A stretch of DNA of 64,000 nt from the NCBI GenBank assembly GCA_046710535.1, contig JBKEHH010000007.1, positions 32,639 to 96,638 on the forward strand, written 5' to 3'. This DNA is from Pseudomonadales bacterium (lineage in GTDB: Bacteria; Pseudomonadota; Gammaproteobacteria; Pseudomonadales; CAWVSB01). The position numbers and the translations under genes are program-made. Each line of letters begins with the position of its first letter. Position 1 is the first letter of the stretch. The notes beneath the pieces are model-generated. The model was not told the origin of the DNA. It saw nothing but the letters and a program-made list of their open reading frames with translations, and did no database searches. This document shows, piece after piece, positions 9,416-17,277 of this stretch.

Positions 9416-10572
9416 CGGATTTCCTTGGTTGCATTTTCGGCTAATAGACGACGTGCCACGATAACTCGCATCACTTCGTTAGTGCCTTCTAAAATTTGAT
9501 GTACTCGGGTATCACGGAAAAACCGTTCAATTGGGTATTCGCGCAGATAGCCATAGCCGCCATGTAATTGCAGTGCTTGATTACAGACTTCAAATCCCAC
9601 ATCGGTAGCAAAGCGTTTTGCCATGGCGCAGTAAGTGGTTTTATCTGGATGGTTGTTATCCAAATAGCTGGCGGCCATACGTACCATTTGGCGGGCGGCC
9701 ACCAATTCGGTGGTCATGTCGGCTAGTTTAAATTGCAATGCTTGAAAGTTAGCTATTGCTTGGCCGAACTGTTTGCGCTCCAAAATATATTTCTGTGCAT
9801 GGTCGATAGTCGTTTGCGCAGCCCCAATAGAACAGGTGGCAATATTAATCCGACCCCCGTCTAAACCTGACATGGCGAGTTTAAAGCCTTGTCCTTCAGC
9901 GCCAAGTAAGTTTTCTTTAGGTACTTTTACGTTATCAAACGAAATTGCACGGGTAGGTTGGCTGTTCCAGCCCATTTTGGCTTCGTTCTTACCGAACTCT
10001 ATGCCGAGAGTGTCAGACGGAATGGCAAATGCACTGACGCCTTTAGGTCCAGCGTCGCCGGTGCGAGCCATCACCACTAATAACTCGGTGCTACCTGCGC
10101 CACTGATGAACATTTTACTACCATTAATAAGGTAATGGTCACCGTCTAACTTGGCGCTAGTTTGCAGTGAACCTGCATCGCTGCCGGCGTTAGGCTCGGT
10201 TAAGCAATATGAGGCTAATACTTGCCCGGCAGTAAGTTTACCTGCCCACTCAGTTTTAAATTCTGCTGTGCCCCAGCCGCATACCATCCATGTAGCCATA
10301 TTATGAATAGAGATAAAGGCCGCAGTGGAAGTGCAAGCGCCGGCCAATTCTTCCAGAATAATAGCGGCATCTAAACGGGACATGCCCATGCCGCCATCTT
10401 CTTCGGGGCTGTACATACCGCAAAAACCCAGCTCACCTGATTGCTTGATAACATCGACTGGAAAGAATTTTTCTTCATCCCATTTAGCGGCATTGGGGGC
10501 AAGTTCCCCCTCAGCAAAAAGCCTGGCGGCGTCTTGAAATGCTAGCTGATCTTCTGAAAGGGAAAAGTCCAT
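9412..10572 (-). CDS. Acyl-CoA dehydrogenase (isobutyryl-CoA dehydrogenase candidate)
   Basis: 386 aa. ACAD signatures (LTEPNAGSD, QLHGGYGY..EYP.ER..RD.R...I.EGT.E). 4-bp overlap with the downstream crotonase gene. Confidence 0.9.
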   Translation of the reverse strand: MDFSLSEDQLAFQDAARLFAEGELAPNAAKWDEEKFFPVDVIKQSGELGFCGMYSPEEDGGMGMSRLDAAIILEELAGACTSTAAFISIHNMATWMVCGWGTAEFKTEWAGKLTAGQVLASYCLTEPNAGSDAGSLQTSAKLDGDHYLINGSKMFISGAGSTELLVVMARTGDAGPKGVSAFAIPSDTLGIEFGKNEAKMGWNSQPTRAISFDNVKVPKENLLGAEGQGFKLAMSGLDGGRINIATCSIGAAQTTIDHAQKYILERKQFGQAIANFQALQFKLADMTTELVAARQMVRMAASYLDNNHPDKTTYCAMAKRFATDVGFEVCNQALQLHGGYGYLREYPIERFFRDTRVHQILEGTNEVMRVIVARRLLAENATKEIR

Positions 10573-10593
10573 GAGCTTCCTTTTAGTTGTTTA

Positions 10594-11982
10594 CTATTTT
10601 AATTTTGCCATTACTGAACCAAATAATTCTTCATCAGAAGGTAATACTTTAGTTTTAGCTAATGGTTTTGACACCCAAGTTTCGTTGACTAAGTCGCGCC
10701 AGGTGATATTGTCATTAATGCTATTGCCACCCCATGAACCGCAACCCAAGGAGAAGGTTTGACGCATGCCATTCCATAAGTTACCGCTGTTTGAAGCCGA
10801 TTGTGGTTGGTTAACCATTACCCGAGAAGTTTTGGTTTCGCTGGCTAGCTTTAAAATATTATCATCATTAGTTGAGTAAATACCACAAGAGTGACCCTGG
10901 CCTTGATAGGCTTGAATATTGTTAGTTAGCGCAATCGCTTCATCAATATTACCTACTTTATACAGCGCCATAGTGACCGAGAGTTTTTCACCCGAGAAAG
11001 GATGCGCTGGACCGTAACCTGTTTCAGGAACAATAAAAAATAGTCTGTCGGCAGGCATATCAATGCCAGCCATAGTAGCGATTTTAGTCGCTTCTTGAGC
11101 CACAATAGCGGTGTTTAAATGGTCGTCTACCCAAATAGTATTTTGTAATTTGGTTTTGTCTTGGCCGTCTACTATGAATCCGCCTTGCGCTACTAGCTTG
11201 GCAAGCATGTCGTCATAGATTGTATCGAACAAAATAACCGAGTTGTCAGATGAGCAAGAAGCGGCTAAATCTAGAGTTTTAGAAATACGGATTTTTTCCG
11301 CTGCATCATCTAAGTCTGCAGTGTCATCAACCGTAATTACTGCATTGCCTACGCCAACTCCTAGCGCTGGTGTGCCGCTAGAATAGGCTGCCGATACCAT
11401 GGCCCCGCCGCCAGTTGCCAAGATGCGGTCACATTGTTTCATCAACTCGTTAGTTAATGGTAATGATGGTGTCTCTATACCAATGACTAAGTCGGCAGGT
11501 GCGCCCATGGCTTCAAGCGCTTCACGCATATAGTTACAGATCATGGTGTTAGTTAGTTTGGCGCGTGGGTGTGGTGCAATAATAATCGAGTTGCGACCTT
11601 TAACTGCCGAGATAGCTTTGATCACCGGCGTCGCTTCTGGGTTAGTTGAGGGTGATAGTGCGCCGATGACACCGACTGGTTTAGCAATTTTTACAATATT
11701 GCGTTCAGGTAGTTCTTCAATAATACCTACTGATTTGTCGTCAATAATATCCATTAAGGTAGCGCGAGTCTTTCTAAATATTTTTAGATACTTACCGTCA
11801 TAGTTACCTAGTCGAGTTTCTTCCACCGCGAATTTAGCAATTTTCTCAGCAATTCCTGGTTTGGCAATAGACCACACCATAGCCTTAATCAACTCATCAA
11901 CTTGCTGTTGGCTGTAGTGTTCTATTTGCGCTTGTGCCGCTCGGCTACGGGCAACTAATTCTGCCATCTGCTGCTGTTCCAT
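10594..11982 (-). CDS. CoA-acylating aldehyde dehydrogenase of the AdhE-N-terminal/EutE/SucD type (stand-alone)
   Basis: 462 aa. Collinear with my recollection of the E. coli AdhE ALDH domain: ..RAAQ..YSQQQVD.., ILATGGGAMV.AAYSSG.PALGVGVGN, the catalytic Cys region ASCSSDNSV, and C-terminal LGCGSWGGNSI. First gene of the operon. Confidence 0.8.
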   Translation of the reverse strand: MEQQQMAELVARSRAAQAQIEHYSQQQVDELIKAMVWSIAKPGIAEKIAKFAVEETRLGNYDGKYLKIFRKTRATLMDIIDDKSVGIIEELPERNIVKIAKPVGVIGALSPSTNPEATPVIKAISAVKGRNSIIIAPHPRAKLTNTMICNYMREALEAMGAPADLVIGIETPSLPLTNELMKQCDRILATGGGAMVSAAYSSGTPALGVGVGNAVITVDDTADLDDAAEKIRISKTLDLAASCSSDNSVILFDTIYDDMLAKLVAQGGFIVDGQDKTKLQNTIWVDDHLNTAIVAQEATKIATMAGIDMPADRLFFIVPETGYGPAHPFSGEKLSVTMALYKVGNIDEAIALTNNIQAYQGQGHSCGIYSTNDDNILKLASETKTSRVMVNQPQSASNSGNLWNGMRQTFSLGCGSWGGNSINDNITWRDLVNETWVSKPLAKTKVLPSDEELFGSVMAKLK

Positions 11983-12175
11983 GGTGTGCTCCTAAACTCT
12001 GTTGGTGCTAAAAATTGGCTAATCATCGTAATATTTTTAAGGTCGCAAGCATAGCCTTAGCGTGGCATGGTGCAAATTGAGTATATTGTCTTTATGATGG
12101 ACAATATTGCTGATTTTATGCGACTTAGCTTATTTCGATAATTTCACATAACTTTCTGATTAATATAGATTAATT

Positions 12176-13048
12176 ATGCAGATTACATCTAACTGGCCAT
12201 TGCCAGCTGAAGGTATTCGGTTTTTGGTGCCACAATTTTTACAAAATTGGTTACAGCAAAGCCCGTTGACACGTGACTTGTATCCTATTGCCTTGGGATA
12301 TTATCCGGTTGCTATCAACCATGTGATGAACCGGAGTAGTCATGATAATCATTTGCTGATGTATTGCACCCAGGGCAAAGGCTGGGTAACCGCAGCTGAT
12401 CAAAGCTTTCAAGTTACTGCTGGCGATGTGTTTTGTCTGCCTCGGGGTGTGGCGCATTCTTATGGCGCTGATAATAGCGACCCGTGGACCATTTATTGGG
12501 TGCATTACAATGGCGCTTTAAGCCATGACTATAATCAGTTTCTTGCTGGTGATAGCACCGTGGTTCATGTAGGGATTCAGCCTCGCTTACGGGCTGACTT
12601 TGAGGCGCTATTTAGTCTGCGCAAAGCCGGTTATTCTAGCGTCGAGTTTGTGCATGGCGCTTGCCAGTTAAAGCAGATGCTTAGCTACGTCGCAGTGCTC
12701 GCTAAACGCAGCTTATCAAGGCAGGGCCGGTTTAACTTAGATGATATTGAAGAGTTAATGGCGCTGCACATTCATAGCAGTCTCGATCTAGCATCGTTAG
12801 CAGCCCAAGCCCAGCTATCTAAATATCATTTCTCACGCAAGTTTAAACAGCTGACGGGGCATTCGCCAATTCAGCATTTTTTGCATTTAAAAATTCAGCA
12901 CGCTTGCCTATTGTTAGACACTAGCGACAATAGTATTAAGCAAATAGCGGGTGAAGTAGGTTACAGCGATGCTTATTACTTTTCGCGTCTTTTTAAGCAG
13001 GTTATGGGGGTATCGCCAAGTGGATATCGCAGTAAGTTAAAGGTTTAA
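12176..13048 (+). CDS. AraC family transcriptional regulator (cupin sensor plus HTH), divergent from the catabolic operon
   Basis: 290 aa. C-terminal AraC HTH (LSKYHFSRKFKQLTGHSP...GYSDAYYFSRLFKQVMGVSPSGYR). Confidence 0.85.
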   Translation: MQITSNWPLPAEGIRFLVPQFLQNWLQQSPLTRDLYPIALGYYPVAINHVMNRSSHDNHLLMYCTQGKGWVTAADQSFQVTAGDVFCLPRGVAHSYGADNSDPWTIYWVHYNGALSHDYNQFLAGDSTVVHVGIQPRLRADFEALFSLRKAGYSSVEFVHGACQLKQMLSYVAVLAKRSLSRQGRFNLDDIEELMALHIHSSLDLASLAAQAQLSKYHFSRKFKQLTGHSPIQHFLHLKIQHACLLLDTSDNSIKQIAGEVGYSDAYYFSRLFKQVMGVSPSGYRSKLKV

Positions 13049-13113
13049 TTCCTATATCGATAACTATTGCGCTGCTAGGATTAAAGCGAGCATATTTAAC
13101 CAAAGAGAGTGTC

Positions 13114-13713
13114 ATGCTAATAATAAAAATTACCGTTGCGCTATTGTTAAGCGCTAGCTTATCAATCGTGTTGTTTCTGGTGCAGTTAAAAAGTAGCAGT
13201 GGCTTTGGTAGCGTTAGCAATGGTGACTGGACTACCAGTCTTGATACTGGCTCTGAAAATGCTGGTGTTATGCAAAAGGCTGCGGTGGCTATAAGTGGTT
13301 TGTTGGCATCAAAGCGCGAAAGCTCGATTTATTATCGCTTGTCGGCAATTGACGGCAAGCCGCTAACTGTTAATTGCAGCTATCGAATAGAAGGCAATGA
13401 CTATGATGCTAACTGGTGGAGTATTACAGCCTATGGATGGGATAATTATTTACTGCCAAATGAACTAAAGCGATATTCATATAATAACGACAATTTAACG
13501 CGCGACGACAGCGGCAATTGGTCAGTGCAGGTAAGCGCAAAGTCACAAGGCGGCGACTGGTTGCCCATTGGCCCTGCCGGTGGCGATGACTGGAAAAATT
13601 TTAGTGATCATGATTTTGATTTACTGTTGCGCCTATACACGCCGGGAATTGCTTATTTACAAGCGCCTGATATCGCAGCGCTGCCCAAAGTAGTTGAAGA
13701 GGGTTGTTCATGA
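13114..13713 (+). CDS. DUF1214 domain protein, N-terminally membrane-anchored
   Basis: 199 aa with an N-terminal TM helix. The pattern WWSITAYG...RYSYNN...GDWLPIG...LLLRLYTP is typical of DUF1214. Confidence 0.7.
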   Translation: MLIIKITVALLLSASLSIVLFLVQLKSSSGFGSVSNGDWTTSLDTGSENAGVMQKAAVAISGLLASKRESSIYYRLSAIDGKPLTVNCSYRIEGNDYDANWWSITAYGWDNYLLPNELKRYSYNNDNLTRDDSGNWSVQVSAKSQGGDWLPIGPAGGDDWKNFSDHDFDLLLRLYTPGIAYLQAPDIAALPKVVEEGCS

Positions 13714-14243
13714 ATAAGATTAAGTGGTTAGTCGCGATTCTTCTTTTGGCATGGGTGGGCCAGTATGGGGTTGCAATGCTGGCACCCAATTTGATTATGC
13801 AAGCTCTGTATCGGGCTGTGGTTGATCTTAGCGGCGAAAATAATTTTGCGCTGACACCATTGCCAGATGAGACCACGAGAGGCGTAGTGCGGCCTAGCCC
13901 AGATTTATTTTACGGTATTTGTGCTTACAATGTTGAGAGTGGTCCAGTGTCCATTGAAGCCTTAGTACCGGAAAAATATTGGTCAATGCAGTTTTACCAA
14001 ATAAATACCGATAACTTCAGTAGTTTTAGCAATCAGCGAGATGAGTCTTACAGGGTAAATACCACAGCTAAGATTACCTTAATAAATGCAAGTGATGACG
14101 CCAGTAACTATCAAGGAGACGTGGTGCGGTCACCAACAGACAAAGGAGTGATGTTGATAAGGGTTTCGGCAATTGGTGATCAAGCGCAGCAGATGGCTGC
14201 GCTAAACTTAACTCGGTGTAGTGTCGCCGTTGATACTGAATAA
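13704..14243 (+). CDS. DUF1254 domain protein, N-terminally membrane-anchored
   Basis: 179 aa. The pattern RPSPDLFYGICAYNV..GPV......YWSMQFYQ is typical of DUF1254. 10-bp overlap with the upstream DUF1214 gene. Confidence 0.7.
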   Translation: MFMNKIKWLVAILLLAWVGQYGVAMLAPNLIMQALYRAVVDLSGENNFALTPLPDETTRGVVRPSPDLFYGICAYNVESGPVSIEALVPEKYWSMQFYQINTDNFSSFSNQRDESYRVNTTAKITLINASDDASNYQGDVVRSPTDKGVMLIRVSAIGDQAQQMAALNLTRCSVAVDTE

Positions 14244-14270
14244 AATAATTAACAGTGGTGAGTAGCGAGG

Positions 14271-15491
14271 ATGAATTTTGTTGTCTATGCAATTCCAGTT
14301 TTTATTTTGATGATAGCTATTGAATGGATTTGGGATAAGCGCCAAGAAAACAACTACTATCGACTTAACGATACGGTTAATAGCCTCAGCATGGGAATAC
14401 TGAGCACTACCAGTCGGTTAGTTTTTATTGATATTAGTGGGCGTGCATTTACGCTGTTACAGCAGCATTTTTCTATTGCCACTTGGGGTGAGGTCAATTA
14501 GTGGATGATTATCGTTGCCTTCGTCTTCTATGATTTCTGCTATTACTGGTTTCACCGTATAAGTCATGAGAAAAGTATTTTTTGGGCGTCCCATGTGGCT
14601 CATCATCAAAGTGAAGAATATAACTTAAGCACCGCATTGCGACAAACCAGCGCCAGCTTTTGGTTGGCGTGGGTTTTTTATGCGCCATGTTTTATATTGG
14701 GTATACCGGCGGAGCTTTTGGTCAGCGTGGCCAGTGCTAATTTGATTTATCAGTTCTGGGTGCATAAGCGCTATGTGCCACAGCCAGGGTGGTTTGAGAA
14801 AATATTTGTGAGCCCGTCAAATCATCGCGTGCATCATGCGCGTAATCCAGAATATATCGATAAGAATTATGATGGTATTTTTATTATTTTTGATCGAATA
14901 TTTGGCACCTATCTGCCCGAGCGTAAAGATTTGGCGGTAGATTTTGGTATTACCCGCGGCTTGAATAGTTGGAATCCATTGTGGGCTAACCTGCATGTAT
15001 ATGTCGGGATGATAAAAGACAGCATTGCTACTCCGCGCTGGGCAGATAAATTGCGGGTATGGGTTGGCGCCACCGGCTTTGTCGCGCCGGGTATTGTGAA
15101 GACTCCGGTTCAGGCTGGTAATTCGTATAATCCACCGTTATCAGTGGCACAGGAAACCTATGTAATTGTGCAGTTTGTATTGGTCTCTATGCTGTCTACT
15201 GCCATGTTATATAGTCAAGTAAGCTTTGATATCTTATTGATATTATTTGCTTTTTTACTGCTGTATCTGGTTTCAATTGGCTGGATTATAGATGGCAAGC
15301 ACTACACTATCGAATGGCTCAGAATGGCTCAGAATGGCTCAGAATGGCTCAGAATGGCCGTAGGGCTAGGCTTGTTATTCACAGAGCCTGCCCAGCAATT
15401 ATTAACTGTGTTGACGGCCGCATTAGTGGTTAACTTGCTATGGCTGATTTACTTGCAGCGACAGAAAAACGCTACTTTGGTCAATATTTAG
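14271..15491 (+). pseudogene. Sterol desaturase / fatty acid hydroxylase family gene interrupted by an in-frame TAG (14499..14501)
   Basis: Track ORFs 14271..14501 and 14505..15491 are in the same frame (...ATWGEVN*WMIIVAFVFYDFCYYWFHRISH...). The three His boxes HRISH, HVAHHQS and HRVHH all lie downstream of the stop. Confidence 0.75.
15312..15358 (+). repeat. Perfect 10-bp tandem repeat (GAATGGCTCA x4 plus a partial copy) inside the desaturase-family coding region
   Basis: Read directly: cGAATGGCTCAGAATGGCTCAGAATGGCTCAGAATGGCTCAGAATGGCCg. It is translated as EWLRMAQNGSEWLRMA. Confidence 0.9.
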
Positions 15492-15553
15492 GTTTATTGA
15501 GGGTGTTTTTTAGCCGTCCATGTGCTTGAATTTAAGCCATTGATAAAGCACAG

Positions 15554-16513
15554 GTGAAGAATAATAACTGCCTTGCTGAATTTAATTTCCAAAAGGGATT
15601 GGTGGACGGTATATACAAGCTGCAATATAGCGATTCTAGCAAAAATGTTTGGTTGACTGGTGACAAATTGAGCGTAGGGTCTGCCAACTCAAACGGTATC
15701 GCTGTGAGTGGTTCTGGGGTTGGGGAGCATCATGCTGATGTACGGGTTAATGGCGATAAAATCACCCTGTGTCCGATAGCTGGTTGTACTACGACGGTTA
15801 ATGGCGCAAAAGTTAACGCCAACAGAGACTTGCAGGTTGAAAATATCATGTCTTTTGCCAATGTGGGCATGAAATTAATACTGCCTGTGGAGCAAGCTAT
15901 CGGTGAGGCTGTAAAATCAACTCCCAAGGCACCAGATGCTAAAGTAAACCCTGAGTAAACCTGGCAAATTTTTGGCGCAGCAAAGCAAACCAAGAGTATC
16001 GTTGGTACAATAGTTGTCGGCCGTTCACCTGACTGCAGTATCACTTTTTCCCATGAACGCTTATCTCGTCGTCATGCTCAGTTTCATGAGTCTGATGGGG
16101 GTTTTTGGATTACCGATTTAGAGTCACCTAATGGCACTTTTGTTAATGGAAAACGGCTAGCGGCAGTTGAGCGCTTAAAAGATGGCGACAATATCTCTTT
16201 TGAAAAGCTGAAGTTTGTGGTTAACGCGCAAGCCCAAATGAGTTCAGCGGTTGCTGAAGACGAAGACGATGTCGGCAAAACTGTTGTCGGTTCAGCAATT
16301 AATTCTGAAGCGATCAAAAAAGCCCAAGCTGAACTAGTGAAAAGAAAGCGTCTGCAAGACGCTGAGCTAAAAATGGTGTCACAGCAAAATTTATAGTCTC
16401 AAGCTAAACTTAGGCCAGAAGCAGAAGGCGATGTCTCAAATATGATGATCATTGTGATAGTAGCAGTGGCTGTAGTGGCTGTTGCAGAAATCGCCGCAGT
16501 GGTATTAATGTAA
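15554..16513 (+). pseudogene. Tandem FHA-domain protein with a C-terminal TM anchor, one 320-codon frame with two internal stops (TAA 15956..15958, TAG 16394..16396)
   Basis: Own translation beyond track ORF 15554..15958. The same frame continues as TWQIFGAAKQTKSIVGTIVVGRSPDCSITFSHERLSRRHAQFHESDGGFWITDLESPNGTFVNGKRLAAVERLKDGDNISF..., then TAG, then ...NMMIIVIVAVAVVAVAEIAAVVLM, then TAA. Confidence 0.7.
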
Positions 16514-16532
16514 GCCTATTTTTCACCTTGTG

Positions 16533-17162
16533 CTATGCACTGTAGGCGCGCATAAAAACCTCAACGCAAGATTTCAAATAAGCCGCAGTCTTCTTTTTAG
16601 TAGGTGGGCGCATATTAAATAGCAGCATTTGGTGCGCATCTGCTTTAATCATAAAGGTAAATTGTCTAGCGGCAGCGTCAACATCTTCAATGTTTAAACT
16701 ACCAAGCCTATTTTGACTTTCGAGATAATTAGTAACTAGTTTGTTGATTTTTTGCGGACCATTTTCGTAAAACAGTTTGCTAAGAGTGGGGTGTGTGGGC
16801 GCAGTTGCGGCACATAGTCGAAACATTTTTATCGGTTCGTCAGATGTCAGTAAATCGTTCAAGTGCACCGCCAAATCAAGCATCATAGCTTCGCAAGAGA
16901 TATTGCGAGCAAAAAACTCTTCGGTTAAGTCGAACTCCTGTACTTTGTCTTCAATTGCAGCGCCAAACAGCGCTTCTTTTGACTGAAAATGGCTATAAAC
17001 CGTCTGTTTGGATACATCGGCCGAATTGGCAATATCATCCATAGTGGTGGAATCAAAACCTTGCTCCATGAACAGTTCGGCCGCCGCAGCAATAATCGCG
17101 CTGCGTTTGACTTGGCTTTTACTTCTGCCTTTGGAAGAGGTCTTTTTATTATCATTTGTCAT
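16533..17162 (-). CDS. TetR/AcrR family transcriptional regulator (divergent from the RND operon)
   Basis: 209 aa. N-terminal TetR HTH (AIIAAAAELFMEQGFDSTTMDDIANSADVSKQTVYSHFQSKEALF). Confidence 0.9.
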   Translation of the reverse strand: MTNDNKKTSSKGRSKSQVKRSAIIAAAAELFMEQGFDSTTMDDIANSADVSKQTVYSHFQSKEALFGAAIEDKVQEFDLTEEFFARNISCEAMMLDLAVHLNDLLTSDEPIKMFRLCAATAPTHPTLSKLFYENGPQKINKLVTNYLESQNRLGSLNIEDVDAAARQFTFMIKADAHQMLLFNMRPPTKKKTAAYLKSCVEVFMRAYSA

Positions 17163-17184
17163 TGCAATAAGCTTTATTTATCAT

Positions 17185-17199
17185 ACTAGACCGTCTAGT
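17185..17199. promoter_or_regulatory. Candidate TetR operator: perfect palindrome ACTAGAC-C-GTCTAGT in the TetR/RND divergent intergenic region
   Basis: Read directly. 7-bp arms around a single central base, located between the TetR start (17162) and the MFP start (17278). Confidence 0.4.
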
Positions 17200-17277
17200 T
17201 TAGTATTTGTTGATCTTATTTGCACCCCAGCCCGTAATTAAGTGGCATTTAGGTCGAATACATTTTAGGAGTTACCG

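Noticed and set aside
16442-16513. Independent 23-codon small TM peptide (MMIIVIVAVAVVAVAEIAAVVLM) as a separate gene
   Set aside because: It is in frame with, and directly follows, the FHA gene after TAG 16394. It is most simply the C-terminal anchor of that protein. No separate RBS is evident.
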